Source: Haloferax volcanii DS2 (GTDB lineage Archaea > Halobacteriota > Halobacteria > Halobacteriales > Haloferacaceae). From it: 32,000 nt of DNA. The position numbers and the translations under genes were made by a program. Under the pieces are notes generated by a model that saw nothing but the letters and a program-made list of their open reading frames with translations, had not been told where the DNA came from and made no database searches. Location of the stretch: assembly GCF_000025685.1 (NCBI RefSeq), contig NC_013967.1, forward strand, positions 1,230,001 through 1,262,000, read 5' to 3'. Below, piece after piece: positions 1 through 9,240 of this stretch; position 1 is the stretch's first letter, and the number at the start of each line of letters is the position of its first letter.

Positions 1-1541
1 TCGACCCGACGACCGTCGGCACGTTCACCGGCGCGCTCGTCGACGACTCGACGTTCGTCATCTGCGACGAGGCGCACATGCTCGAACCCCGCGTCCGCGA
101 CCTCGTCTCCGTCGGCGTCGGCGACCGGACGCTCCGCGACGCCGAAAGCGAGTTCACGCGCGTCATCCAGCCCGTGAAGTTCGACGACGCCGGCAAGTCC
201 ACCGTCGACGCCGACCTCGTCCGCGGGGAGCTTCAGGAGGCCGACGTGACGCTCCGCGAACTGGAGGAGACCCGCGACTTCATCCGCGACCTCCGCGAGG
301 AGCTCGACCGGCGCGTGACCGCCCATCTCGACCGCGAGTACGGCGGCTGGCGCGCCGACCCGACCGAACTCGACGACGAGGAACTCCCGCTGCGCGACCC
401 CGAGGAGCCCGGCGTCGACGAACTCACCGAGTGGGCCGAGGAGCGCGGCCACGACGAGGGAACGTGGGTCCGCGCCGAGGCGACCGGCTCGGCGGTCGCC
501 CGCATCCTCGACTCGGTCGAAGAGGACGACAAGCGCCGGGCCGCCCCCGCGGCGGGGCGGGCGCTTTCGACGTGGGCCTACGCCGACCACGAGAAGCACT
601 TCCGCGAAATCGAACTCGAACGGACGTGGGACGAGATGGAGCCGCCGGAGTCGTGGCGGCGCGCGTACAACGCCCGGCTGTCGGTCCACAACTGCGTCCC
701 CGGCGAGGCCATCGCGGAGCGCCTCGGCGACTTCGGCGGCGGCGTCCTCATGAGCGCGACGCTCGAACCCATCGACGTGTTCCGGCGCGTGACCGGCCTC
801 GACGCCCTCGCCGACGACGGCCGCCCGGTGGCCGAGCGGACGTTCGGCCTCGGCTTCCCCGAGTCGAACCGCGCGAGCTTCGCCGTCGACGTGCCGAAGT
901 TCACCCACAGCAACCGCGGGCCGCCCGGCGAGGAAAACGAGACGCGACTGGCGTACACCGACGCCGCGGTCGAGGTGTGCGAGCGGTCGCCGGGCAACGT
1001 CCTCGTCGGGATGCCGAACTACGCCGAGGCGGAGTGGATGGCGGGCGCGCTCGAAGCCCGCGTCGATAAGCCCGTCCTCCTCGACGAGTCGTCCGACGAC
1101 GGTGCGACGGAGCGACTCAAGCGCGACTTCTTCGGCGGCGAGGGGAAAGTGCTCGTGACGAGCCTCCGCGGCACGCTCACCGAGGGCGTCGATTACAGCG
1201 GCGACAAGCTCTCTGCCGCGGTCGTCTGCGGCGTCCCGCTCATCAACACGTCGTCGCCGCGGACCCGCGCGGTGAAGACCGCCTACGACCGCGAGTTCGG
1301 AGACGGCTTCGAGACGGCCTTGACCGTTCCCGCGGTCAGAAAGGCGCGACAGGCCATCGGGCGCGTCATCCGCGGCACCGACGAGGTCGGCGTCCGCGTC
1401 TTCGTCGACGCTCGGTACGCCCGCGACTCGTGGAACGGCGTCCGCGACTACCTACCGGCACAGGAGCGCGAGGAGTTCAGACCCGTCAGCCCGGACATGC
1501 TCGGCTTCGGCCTCGACCAGTTCTGGTCGTCGGCCGAGTAG
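1..1541 (+). CDS. Rad3/XPD/DinG-family DEAH-box DNA helicase, C-terminal part (5' end outside window)
   Basis: The frame of ORF 78..1541 stays open back to nt 3. Nt 60-77 encode ICDEAH (DEAH motif II). The C-terminus shows DinG/XPD helicase C-terminal-like motifs (VLVTSLRGTLTEGVDYSGDKL, ARQAIGRVIRG). High GC3 and acidic composition. Confidence 0.85.
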   Translation, partial: DPTTVGTFTGALVDDSTFVICDEAHMLEPRVRDLVSVGVGDRTLRDAESEFTRVIQPVKFDDAGKSTVDADLVRGELQEADVTLRELEETRDFIRDLREELDRRVTAHLDREYGGWRADPTELDDEELPLRDPEEPGVDELTEWAEERGHDEGTWVRAEATGSAVARILDSVEEDDKRRAAPAAGRALSTWAYADHEKHFREIELERTWDEMEPPESWRRAYNARLSVHNCVPGEAIAERLGDFGGGVLMSATLEPIDVFRRVTGLDALADDGRPVAERTFGLGFPESNRASFAVDVPKFTHSNRGPPGEENETRLAYTDAAVEVCERSPGNVLVGMPNYAEAEWMAGALEARVDKPVLLDESSDDGATERLKRDFFGGEGKVLVTSLRGTLTEGVDYSGDKLSAAVVCGVPLINTSSPRTRAVKTAYDREFGDGFETALTVPAVRKARQAIGRVIRGTDEVGVRVFVDARYARDSWNGVRDYLPAQEREEFRPVSPDMLGFGLDQFWSSAE

Positions 1542-1592
1542 TCGCGGCCGGGGTCGCGCCGCGGCGGCGAGCGGACAGTCGTCAGGAGAGCG

Positions 1593-1781
1593 TCAGCGTT
1601 CGTCGTCCCACGCGTCCCGGCAGTCGTCGTCGCAGAAGTGCCGCGCCTGCACAGCGTCGTCTTCGACCCACGTAACGACGTGATGCGTCGGGTTGTTCGC
1701 AATCGGCTCCCCGCACGTCGCGCAGGTCGGGGCGTCTTCCGGGTCTACGTTCGCTTCCAAATCGGACGTGGGATCGACCAT
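1593..1781 (-). CDS. small CPxCG-related zinc-finger protein (62 aa from ATG 1781; a GTG at 1808 would add 9 aa)
   Basis: MVDPTSD...CATCGEP...CDDDCRD gives a CxxCG plus CxxxC pair. Very acidic, high GC3. Convergent with the helicase. Confidence 0.6.
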   Translation of the reverse strand: MVDPTSDLEANVDPEDAPTCATCGEPIANNPTHHVVTWVEDDAVQARHFCDDDCRDAWDDER

Positions 1782-2030
1782 TGACACCCAGATGGCGGTT
1801 CCGGGCACTTCAACCCGTCTCCGCCGGCAGAAGTCGCCCGACGGCGCGCCAGACAGCGCGCCCGACGCAACGAAACTGTGGAATCCACACCTGCGCGTCG
1901 GTGTGCACGGCTATGTATCACTCCGTACTCCCACTTGGTGCAACGTTTTGTAACCCACTGGTATTGTCAATGCCTACCACACTTAGTGAAGATTATGTAA
2001 TCACGGTCGCGTTTGTGTACGTGACGGCGA

Positions 2031-2252
2031 ATGTCCGAACTGCCCGCATCTCAGAACTCGGTTGCAGGGACCGCTGACCGCGCCGGCGCGGATACCACCG
2101 GAGACCGCTTCCTCCATAGTGTCGTCGTCTCCTATCGAGGGAGCCCGGACCAGGTCACCGTCTACCCCCGACGCGATAGCTGCTGCGACCGGATGGATGC
2201 GTGGTTGACCGCCGACGCCGACGCGTTCGTCTCGCTCGACGAGATGTGCTGA
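2031..2252 (+). CDS. DUF7511-like small haloarchaeal protein
   Basis: The C-terminal pattern VTVYP...WLTADADAFVSLDEM is typical of this small haloarchaeal family. A TATA-like GATTATGTAA lies about 35 nt upstream. Confidence 0.6.
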   Translation: MSELPASQNSVAGTADRAGADTTGDRFLHSVVVSYRGSPDQVTVYPRRDSCCDRMDAWLTADADAFVSLDEMC

Positions 2253-2331
2253 GTCGTCGACGCCGACGCGGTCGATGCGCCGACGACGAGCGTTTCCGCC
2301 GCCGCTCGCCCCCCTCCGACGCCGCGTCGGC

Positions 2332-4074
2332 TCAGTCGACGAACTCGGCGTCGGACAGCGTTTTCTGTACCGCTTCTTCGCCCACAGCCGCCGCCAGCGC
2401 CTCGAAGCCGGCGCGCTCGGCGCGGTCGCGGGCGTTCGCCACCAGCCGCGAGACGATAAACTCCGGCGTGGACTTGCCGACCGTCCCGAACCGCGGCTGG
2501 TAGTCCACGCGCAGTTCCAACTCGTCGGTCAGCCCCTCGGCGAAGATGCCGTCGATGCGCGCCTCCGGCGGCAGCGGGCTCAGTTCGTCCGCGAGGTGCG
2601 TGACGTAGACGCCGAAGGCGTCGCGCTCGACGGTGAGGTTCACGAGGCCGTTGAGCAGGTCGGCCGCGCGCCCCGGCTCGGTGATGGCCTCGAACTCGTC
2701 GACGAGCATCAGCGTCCGGCCGTCGCCCGACAGCGGCGGGACGATGGACTTGATCGTCGATTCGAGCACGCCCGCGTTGAAGCTCGCGTGCCGGCGGTGG
2801 AACACGACCGAGTCGAACCGGCCGACGACCGCCGACTCCGCGGGGACGGGAAGCCCCATCGACGCGAGGATGGCGACCTGCGAGAGCGTCTCCAAGAGCG
2901 TCGTCTTCCCGCCGCTGTTGGCCCCCGTGAGGACCGACACGCGGTCACCGACCGGCGGCGTCGGCCCCGACGCGCACGCGAGTTCGTGGTCACCGACGGC
3001 GTAGGAGACCGGCTGTGGGTCGTCGATAAAGAGGTTGCGCGCGCCGCAGACCGCCAGCCCCGTCTCGGCGATGTCCGGCGGCGTCAGGTCGTACTCGTCC
3101 GCGAACCGCGCGAGCGACAGCGACAGCGCGACCTCGTCGACGGCCTCGACCGCGAGGTCCACGTCGTCGCGGGCGGCCCAGATGCGGTCGCGTAGCTCCT
3201 CCGCGACGGTCTCTTCGCGCGCGGCGACGTCGGCTTCGAGGTCCTCGACGAGCGCCCGGAGCGACGCGCTCACGAAGTCGGTCGCGTCGCGGGCGTCCTC
3301 GGCGGCGACCGCCTCGATCTCGCCGCGCGAGAGGTCGGTCTCCTGTGCGACGTACTGGACGAACGCGGCGCGGAAGTCGTCCAGCGAGCGGACGCCCCGC
3401 GACTGGACGGTTTCGAGCACGTCGAACGAGCCGGATTGGAGTTCCTTCGCGGTGTCGAGTCTGCTCCGCAGGCTGTCGAGGCGGTCGTCGGCACCCGCGG
3501 CGACCGAGCCGTCGTTGTCGACGTAGCCGAGCGCCCCGAGCGCATCGCGGAGGGCGTCGGGGTCGGCTTCCGCCAGCGCGTCGAACGGCTCGCCGCGGAG
3601 TCCGGCCTCGCGGAGTTCGAGCGCCGCGCGAACGGCGGCGCGCTCGGTCTCGCCGGCCACGTCGTACTCGCGGAACGTCGCCTCGATGGCGTCGCGGGCG
3701 TCGTCGTCGAGGTCGGCCCACGCCTCCCGCGCCGCGAGGATGCGGTCGAGGCGGTCGCGCCGGGCCTCGACGGTCGGCAGCGGCGTCAACACGCGGATGC
3801 GGTCGGCGGCGTGTTCGGTCAGCCCGCGGTCGCTCGCCAGCGACAGCAGGTCGTCGTACACGTTGCGGGCGTCGCGGGTCGCCAGCGCGTCGATGCCGGC
3901 CTGCCCGTCGGCGCGGCGGAGGATGCGAACCGCCCGCCCGCGGGTGACGCCGGCGTCGACGAGCGCCCGCACGTCGGCCGACTCGATGGCGGCGACCGCC
4001 CCCTCCCTGCCGAGCGCCGATTCCAGTCGGTCCGAGGTCTTCGGGCCGACGCCCCAGTAGTCTTCGAGTCGCAT
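2332..4074 (-). CDS. MutS-related ATPase (archaeal MutS5/MutS2-like; no mismatch-recognition or Smr domain evident)
   Basis: N-terminal helix-hairpin-helix-like region (YWGVGPKTSDRLE, DAGVTRGRAVRIL). Walker A GANSGGKTTLLET and MutS domain V-like LMLVDEFEAITEP near the C-terminus. Confidence 0.85.
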   Translation of the reverse strand: MRLEDYWGVGPKTSDRLESALGREGAVAAIESADVRALVDAGVTRGRAVRILRRADGQAGIDALATRDARNVYDDLLSLASDRGLTEHAADRIRVLTPLPTVEARRDRLDRILAAREAWADLDDDARDAIEATFREYDVAGETERAAVRAALELREAGLRGEPFDALAEADPDALRDALGALGYVDNDGSVAAGADDRLDSLRSRLDTAKELQSGSFDVLETVQSRGVRSLDDFRAAFVQYVAQETDLSRGEIEAVAAEDARDATDFVSASLRALVEDLEADVAAREETVAEELRDRIWAARDDVDLAVEAVDEVALSLSLARFADEYDLTPPDIAETGLAVCGARNLFIDDPQPVSYAVGDHELACASGPTPPVGDRVSVLTGANSGGKTTLLETLSQVAILASMGLPVPAESAVVGRFDSVVFHRRHASFNAGVLESTIKSIVPPLSGDGRTLMLVDEFEAITEPGRAADLLNGLVNLTVERDAFGVYVTHLADELSPLPPEARIDGIFAEGLTDELELRVDYQPRFGTVGKSTPEFIVSRLVANARDRAERAGFEALAAAVGEEAVQKTLSDAEFVD

Positions 4075-4157
4075 ACCGGGGGCGTCTCACCGGGCGCTCT
4101 TAGGTCCACCCGTCGGGCGGTGCCGCCGCTGTTCGAGGAGCGGGCCGCGAAGAAAAC

Positions 4158-4460
4158 TCAGTACGAGGGGGCGCGCTGGTCGGTGTCCGTGCTGGCCGTC
4201 TCGTCGGACCGGAGCAGGTGTCGGCCGGGCACCGCCTCCGCGTCGCGGTCGAGGTCGCGGGCCGCGCAGACCGCGAGGGTGGTCGTGAGCGTCCGGACGG
4301 CGCGCTCGTGGTCGGCGCGGCAGTCCCGGAGGGCCATCGGGGCGATTCCCAGTCGGTTGTACGGTTCGAGGTCGGCGCTCGTGAGTATCCCGCCGTCGCG
4401 GTAGTCCGTGGCGATTTCCACGAGCAGCGAGTGGACGTGGATGAGCTCGTTTTTCTTCAT
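4158..4460 (-). CDS. UPF0058 family protein
   Basis: MKKNELIHVHSLLVEI matches the typical UPF0058 N-terminus. An alternative ATG at 4481 would add 7 aa. TATA-like TCATTTAC lies about 30 nt upstream of ATG 4460. Confidence 0.7.
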   Translation of the reverse strand: MKKNELIHVHSLLVEIATDYRDGGILTSADLEPYNRLGIAPMALRDCRADHERAVRTLTTTLAVCAARDLDRDAEAVPGRHLLRSDETASTDTDQRAPSY

Positions 4461-4865
4461 TGGTTGCACGTATGTGCTCATCGGGGGTAAATGACGCGGT
4501 GAAGCGTTTTTTCGGTCTTGTATCTGCCTCGGCTAGAAATGAATGTATCTGTCGGAGACACGAACGAAACACCCGCGGCTCGTCGGTCGATTCCGCGGAA
4601 AGGGAGTTGGGGTTTGGGCAGGGACACGTCCCCTGGGCGGAGAGAGGGGGTGGGTTGTCGATTCCGCCGTGGGGGCGTGCGGGCACGACGAGTGACCCGG
4701 GCAGGTCACTGTGGCCATATAGTCGAATGGAACGGTTAGTAGTAATTCACAACCCTACGTGGTTAGGCTCGATTCGAGCCGACCGAGAAACGCACAAGTC
4801 GGTGGGGGTTAGAGTCGGGGTATGCACGCACGACGGGACGCCGGTCCGCGGGGGGGTCGAGAGGG

Positions 4866-6518
4866 ATGACAGACGGCTCTCCGCGGTCGGTCGACGGGCC
4901 GTCGTCGGCCGAGCGCGAACTGCGCCAGCGGCTCGACATCCTCGCGACGTTCAACGAAGTGATTGCGGACGTGAACGAGACCATCGTCGACGCCGCCGAG
5001 CGGGCGGACATCGAGCGGCAGGTCTGCGAGCGACTCGTTCAGACCGACGAACTCCGGTTCGCGTGGGTCGGCGTCGTCGACGAGACGACCGGCGACGTGG
5101 AGCCGACCGCGTGGGCCGGCGACGAGGACGGCTACCTCGACGAGATAGACGTGTCGGTGGCGGCGGACCGGCCCGAGGGTAACGGTCCCGTCGGCCGCGC
5201 GGTCCGGTCGAACGCGGTGCAGGCGACCCACAGCATCCCCGACGACCCGGCGTTCGGCCCGTTCCGAGAGCCGGCGCTCGAACGCGGCTACGGCTCGGCG
5301 GCGTCGGTGCCGCTCGTCTACGACGGCGTCCGCTACGGCGTGCTCACGATGTACGCCGAACACGAGCGGGCGTTCACCGCGGAGCTCGACGAGCCGATTT
5401 CGAACCTCGGCCACGCCGTCGCCCACGGCATCGACACCCACGTCCGGCGGGAGCGCGAGCGCGAACTCGAACGCCGCGAGCAACAGCTCGACGCGGTGTT
5501 CAACAGCACCGTCCAGTACATCGGGCTGGTCGAACCAGACGGAACGGTGCTCCGGGTGAACGACGCCGCGCTCGACCTCGTCGGCGACGACCGCGACGAC
5601 CTGGTGGGGGCGCGGGCGTGGGAGACGCCGTGGTGGCGCGGCGACGACGAGCGCGTCGCCGACCTCCGGGCCGCCCTCGACCGCGCGGCGGACGGGGAGT
5701 TCGTCCGCTACGAGGTCGAAATCGACCGCGAGAACACCGACCGACTGGTCGTCGTCGACTTCTCTGTCACGCCGGTCACCGACGACGAGGGCGAGGTGTC
5801 GTTTCTGGTCCTCGAAGGCCACGACATCACCGCCCGCAAGGAGCGAGAGCGGGAGCTGCGACGCGAACAGGAGCGACTGGAGTTCGTCAACCGCATCATC
5901 CGCCACAACCTCCTCAACGGCTTGAACGTGGTCGGCGCGCGGGCGGACATCGTCGAGGAGTTCGTGGACGACGCGGGGCTGACCCACCTCGACACGATAC
6001 AGGGGCGCGTCCGCGAGATGACCGAACTCGTCGGGACGATGCGGACGTTCATGAAAGTCATCGTCGAACGCGAGTCCCACGAGTTCCGCCCGCGTCGAAT
6101 CGACGAGGCGGTCGGCCACGGCGTGGAGTCGCTCCGGCGGGAGTCCGACGCCGCGAGCGTCGCCGTCGGGCGACTACCGGAGATTTCGGTCGTCGCCGAC
6201 GACCTGCTGGACGAGGTCGTCGAGCACCTGCTGAAAAACGCCGTCCAGCACAACGACAAGCCGGACCCTGCGGTCGAAGTCGAGGTGGCCGCCGGCGACG
6301 ACGCGGTCGAACTCCGCGTCTCCGACAACGGGCCGGGCGTCCCCGACGAGGAGAAACACCGCATCGTCGACCAGCGCATCGAGGACCTGTCGAACCCGGG
6401 CAACGGCTTCGGGCTGTTTCTGGTCCGCGAAATCGTCGAGAGCTACGGCGGCACGGTCGAAATCGAGGACAACGACCGCGGCGGAGCCACGTTCGTCGTC
6501 ACGCTCCCGCGGGCGTGA
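4866..6518 (+). CDS. sensor histidine kinase (GAF - PAS - HisKA-like - HATPase_c)
   Basis: GAF-like region (LRFAWVGVVDETTGDVEPTAWAG ... YGVLTMYA). PAS-like region (LDAVFNSTVQYIGLVEPDGTVLRVN). H-box IIRHNLLNGLN. ATPase N/G boxes (LLKNAVQHN, DNGPGVP, GNGFGL). Confidence 0.9.
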   Translation: MTDGSPRSVDGPSSAERELRQRLDILATFNEVIADVNETIVDAAERADIERQVCERLVQTDELRFAWVGVVDETTGDVEPTAWAGDEDGYLDEIDVSVAADRPEGNGPVGRAVRSNAVQATHSIPDDPAFGPFREPALERGYGSAASVPLVYDGVRYGVLTMYAEHERAFTAELDEPISNLGHAVAHGIDTHVRRERERELERREQQLDAVFNSTVQYIGLVEPDGTVLRVNDAALDLVGDDRDDLVGARAWETPWWRGDDERVADLRAALDRAADGEFVRYEVEIDRENTDRLVVVDFSVTPVTDDEGEVSFLVLEGHDITARKERERELRREQERLEFVNRIIRHNLLNGLNVVGARADIVEEFVDDAGLTHLDTIQGRVREMTELVGTMRTFMKVIVERESHEFRPRRIDEAVGHGVESLRRESDAASVAVGRLPEISVVADDLLDEVVEHLLKNAVQHNDKPDPAVEVEVAAGDDAVELRVSDNGPGVPDEEKHRIVDQRIEDLSNPGNGFGLFLVREIVESYGGTVEIEDNDRGGATFVVTLPRA

Positions 6519-6622
6519 GTTCGCCCCCGAACTGGACCGCTTCAGTCGGGGAGTAATCCGACGGCCAAGACCGCCGATTAGGGTCGCCTTACCGCCTAAA
6601 TTCCACCTGTTTCGATGGGCAG

Positions 6623-6630
6623 ATATATTA
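6623..6630 (+). promoter_or_regulatory. TATA-box-like ATATATTA upstream of the REC-HalX-GAF-HTH_10 gene
   Basis: An AT-rich octamer centred about 34 nt upstream of ATG 6660 in an otherwise GC-rich spacer. This is consistent with a very short leader. Confidence 0.4.
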
Positions 6631-6659
6631 CCGTTCGCCGTTACTGTGTGTTCGATACG

Positions 6660-8408
6660 ATGGTCACCGAACGCTCGGCGCGCGAGAGCCCCGAACAGCG
6701 GGCCGCCGAGCAGGTCGTTCTCGTGGTCGACGACGACGAGGACCTCGCAGACACCTGCCGGTACTGGCTCGACGGCGAGCGGTTCGCCGTCGAGACCGCC
6801 TACGGCGGTGAAGAAGCCCTCCACCGACTCGACGACACCGTCGACGTGGTCCTCCTCGACCGCCGGATGCCGAACGTCACGGGCGACGACGTGCTCGAAG
6901 AGATTCGCGAGCGCGGCCTCGACTGCCGCGTGGCGATGATGACCGCGGTCGAGCCGGACACCGACATCGTCGAGATGCCGTTCGACGCCTACCTCGTCAA
7001 GCCCGTCTCGGAGTCGGAGGTCAAAGAGACGGTCGAAGAGCTGCTCGTTCGGTCGGGGTTCGAGTCCGGGGTCCGCGAGTACTTCGCGCTCGAATCCACC
7101 GAGGCGGCGCTCGACAGCCGCGACGTAGAGGAGCTTCGCGAGCCGGAGGCGCTTTCGGACCTCCGCAGTCGCTTGGAGGCGGTGCGGGCCGAACACGAGG
7201 CGGCGATTCGAAACCGCGAGGCGCAGCTCGACCGCCTGAACCGAACGAACGAACTGCTCCGCGACGTCGACCGGGCGCTCATCGACGCGCGGACCCGCGA
7301 CGAAATCGAACAGACCGTCTGCGACGTGGTCGCGGACGCGCACGAGGCCGCCGTCGTCCTCAGGCGCACCGCCGCCGGCACGCTGCGGTGTACCGCGGCG
7401 GCGGGCCACGGTCTCGACCCCGCGGGCGTCGACCTCGACTTCGTCGACGAGGCGTTCGGCGTCGACGGGGCGGCCGAAGACGGCTTCGTCTTCGAGGATA
7501 TCCCCGGGGCGCACCGCGCGGCCGTACTCGGCGACGACGCCGACGACCTCGACGCGGTCTCGGCGCTCTGTGTTTCCATCGACTACCGCGAGACGATGTA
7601 CGGCGCGCTCGTCGTCTACGACGAGACCGACGGCTTCGACGACGAGTCCGCGGGGCTGTTTTCCGACCTCGGGGCGACCGTCGGCAACGGCATCAACGCG
7701 ACCCAGAGCAAGCGGCTTCTCAACGGCGACAGCGTCGTCGAACTGGAGTTTCAGGTCGGCCGCGACGCCGGCGTGCTCGCCCGCCTCTCGGCGGCGCTCG
7801 ACTGCCAACTCTCGCTCGACGGCGTGACCCGCCTCGACGACGGTCTCGCTTGCTTCATCAGCGTCGCCGGCGCGTCGGGGTGCGACGCGGTCGCGGCCGC
7901 TATCGATGCCGTCGACGTCTCGCAGGCCCGCGTCGTCGCCGACGGCGACGAGGAGTCCGTCGTCGAACTCCGCACCGACGCCGAGGCGGTGCTGTCGACC
8001 GCCATCGACCACGGCGCGAGCGTGGAGCGGTTGACGCTTTCCGAGGGGAGCGGCACCCTCACGCTCCACGTCGCGGCCGACGCCGACCACGGCGCGCTCG
8101 TGGAGGCGGTGACGACGGCCGCGGCCGGCGTCTCGGTCGTCGCAAAGCGCGAGGTGGAGCGCTCCGTCCAGTCGGCCGACTCCTTCCGGCGGGCGCTCGA
8201 CTCGAAGCTGACCGACCGGCAGCGGACGGTCCTCGAAACGTCGCTCGTCTCCGGCTACTTCGAGTGGCCCCGGGGGAGCACGGCCGAGGAGGTCGCCGAC
8301 TCGCTCGGTATCTCGCCGCCCACGCTCCACGAGCACCTCCGGACGGCGGAACGAAAGCTCATCGAGACGTATTTCGACGAGCTAAATCAAGCGCCGGCGG
8401 ACGACTGA
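6660..8408 (+). CDS. response-regulator transcription factor: REC - HalX - GAF - HTH_10 (Bat-like)
   Basis: Receiver (VVLVVDDDEDL...VVLLDRRMPNVTGDDV...KPV). HalX-like helical linker. GAF-like core. C-terminal LTDRQRTVLETSLVSGYFEWPRGSTAEEVADSLGISPPTLHEHLRTAERKL is the HTH_10 signature. ATG 6660 is preferred over the ORF-track start at 6615. Confidence 0.9.
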   Translation: MVTERSARESPEQRAAEQVVLVVDDDEDLADTCRYWLDGERFAVETAYGGEEALHRLDDTVDVVLLDRRMPNVTGDDVLEEIRERGLDCRVAMMTAVEPDTDIVEMPFDAYLVKPVSESEVKETVEELLVRSGFESGVREYFALESTEAALDSRDVEELREPEALSDLRSRLEAVRAEHEAAIRNREAQLDRLNRTNELLRDVDRALIDARTRDEIEQTVCDVVADAHEAAVVLRRTAAGTLRCTAAAGHGLDPAGVDLDFVDEAFGVDGAAEDGFVFEDIPGAHRAAVLGDDADDLDAVSALCVSIDYRETMYGALVVYDETDGFDDESAGLFSDLGATVGNGINATQSKRLLNGDSVVELEFQVGRDAGVLARLSAALDCQLSLDGVTRLDDGLACFISVAGASGCDAVAAAIDAVDVSQARVVADGDEESVVELRTDAEAVLSTAIDHGASVERLTLSEGSGTLTLHVAADADHGALVEAVTTAAAGVSVVAKREVERSVQSADSFRRALDSKLTDRQRTVLETSLVSGYFEWPRGSTAEEVADSLGISPPTLHEHLRTAERKLIETYFDELNQAPADD

Positions 8409-8437
8409 GGCGGGCGGGAGCGAGCGACCGAGGAGAG

Positions 8438-8830
8438 TTAGTCGAGTGTTGCTTCGGGCGTGTCGTCGATGAGTCGAGCGGCGGCGTCGAACACGTCGCC
8501 TTTGGTGACGGGTTTCGTGAGCACGTCGTCGACCAGGAGGGCGGTTAGCTCGTCGTCGGGCGTGGCGCTGAGCATGACGACGCCGAACGACGCCGGGTCG
8601 GCTCGGCGGCGGAGTTCTTCGAGGACGGACTCGCCGGAGAGACCGGGGAGGTTGCGGTCGAGAAAGACGAGGTCGACGTCGTCGTCGAACGACTGGAGCG
8701 CCTCGCGCCCGGTGTAGGCGACCCGGACGCGGTAGCGTCGTTCGAGCCACAGCGCGAGGCTGTCGGCGAGGGCGGCCTCGTCGTCGACGAGGAGGACGAT
8801 CGGCGCGTCGTGAGTGTGAGTCTGTGTCAT
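8438..8830 (-). CDS. single-domain response regulator (receiver only)
   Basis: IVLLVDDEAALADSL...DLVFLDRNLPGLSG...LTKPV are receiver motifs. Convergent with the HTH_10 regulator gene. Confidence 0.9.
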   Translation of the reverse strand: MTQTHTHDAPIVLLVDDEAALADSLALWLERRYRVRVAYTGREALQSFDDDVDLVFLDRNLPGLSGESVLEELRRRADPASFGVVMLSATPDDELTALLVDDVLTKPVTKGDVFDAAARLIDDTPEATLD

Positions 8831-8924
8831 GGCTCGGACCGTGGCTACGTCGGTGTGGCGGAGGCGGTCGTACGGACTCGGAGGCGGTCGGTCGAGAGCG
8901 GTCGTCGAGCGGCGCGAGTGTCGC

Positions 8925-9131
8925 TCACGCGTCGTTCATGCGCTGCGACTGCGTGTTGCCACAGCGCGTACAGCGCGTGACGCGGTACGGCTCGCGAGAG
9001 AACTGACGGTTCTCTCGCTTCCGACTCTCCGTCTTGATTTCGATGGAGACGTCGTGCGGCGTCCGCGACTCACACGACGGGCACTCTTCGACGAACTCGT
9101 TGTTTCGGGGACTGCTTTTACTCTTCGACAT
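8925..9131 (-). CDS. small basic zinc-ribbon protein (68 aa)
   Basis: A CPSC...CTRCG pair of cysteine knuckles. By my count 14 K/R versus 10 D/E, which is unusual in this acidic proteome. Confidence 0.6.
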   Translation of the reverse strand: MSKSKSSPRNNEFVEECPSCESRTPHDVSIEIKTESRKRENRQFSREPYRVTRCTRCGNTQSQRMNDA

Positions 9132-9240
9132 ACGGTGGTCGTGGCAGTAGCTATGGACCCTATGCGGTTGAATACGGAACCTAATCGATTTGGGACGCGG
9201 ACCAATCCAGGGGCGGCGGCCGCTCGTCGGCCGAGAAGAC

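Noticed and set aside
4766-4780. A T-arm-like hairpin (GGCTCG-ATT-CGAGCC), and GGTTCGAGTCC-like strings at about 7058 and 15490, considered as tRNA fragments.
   Set aside because: No acceptor, D or anticodon arms can be built around them. The T-loop consensus is not met. Two of the three lie inside well-supported CDSs.
6174-8336. A 720-aa ORF antisense to the REC-HalX-GAF-HTH_10 gene. Similar long antisense or off-frame ORFs occur at 12025-13716, 16571-18037, 20923-22635, 22629-24704, 2990-4090, 23302-25059 and 13806-15512.
   Set aside because: These ORFs are Arg/Gly/Pro/Val-rich with no recognisable motifs. Each overlaps a gene with clear family signatures on the other strand or in another frame. 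Long stop-free shadow ORFs are expected in DNA this GC-rich.
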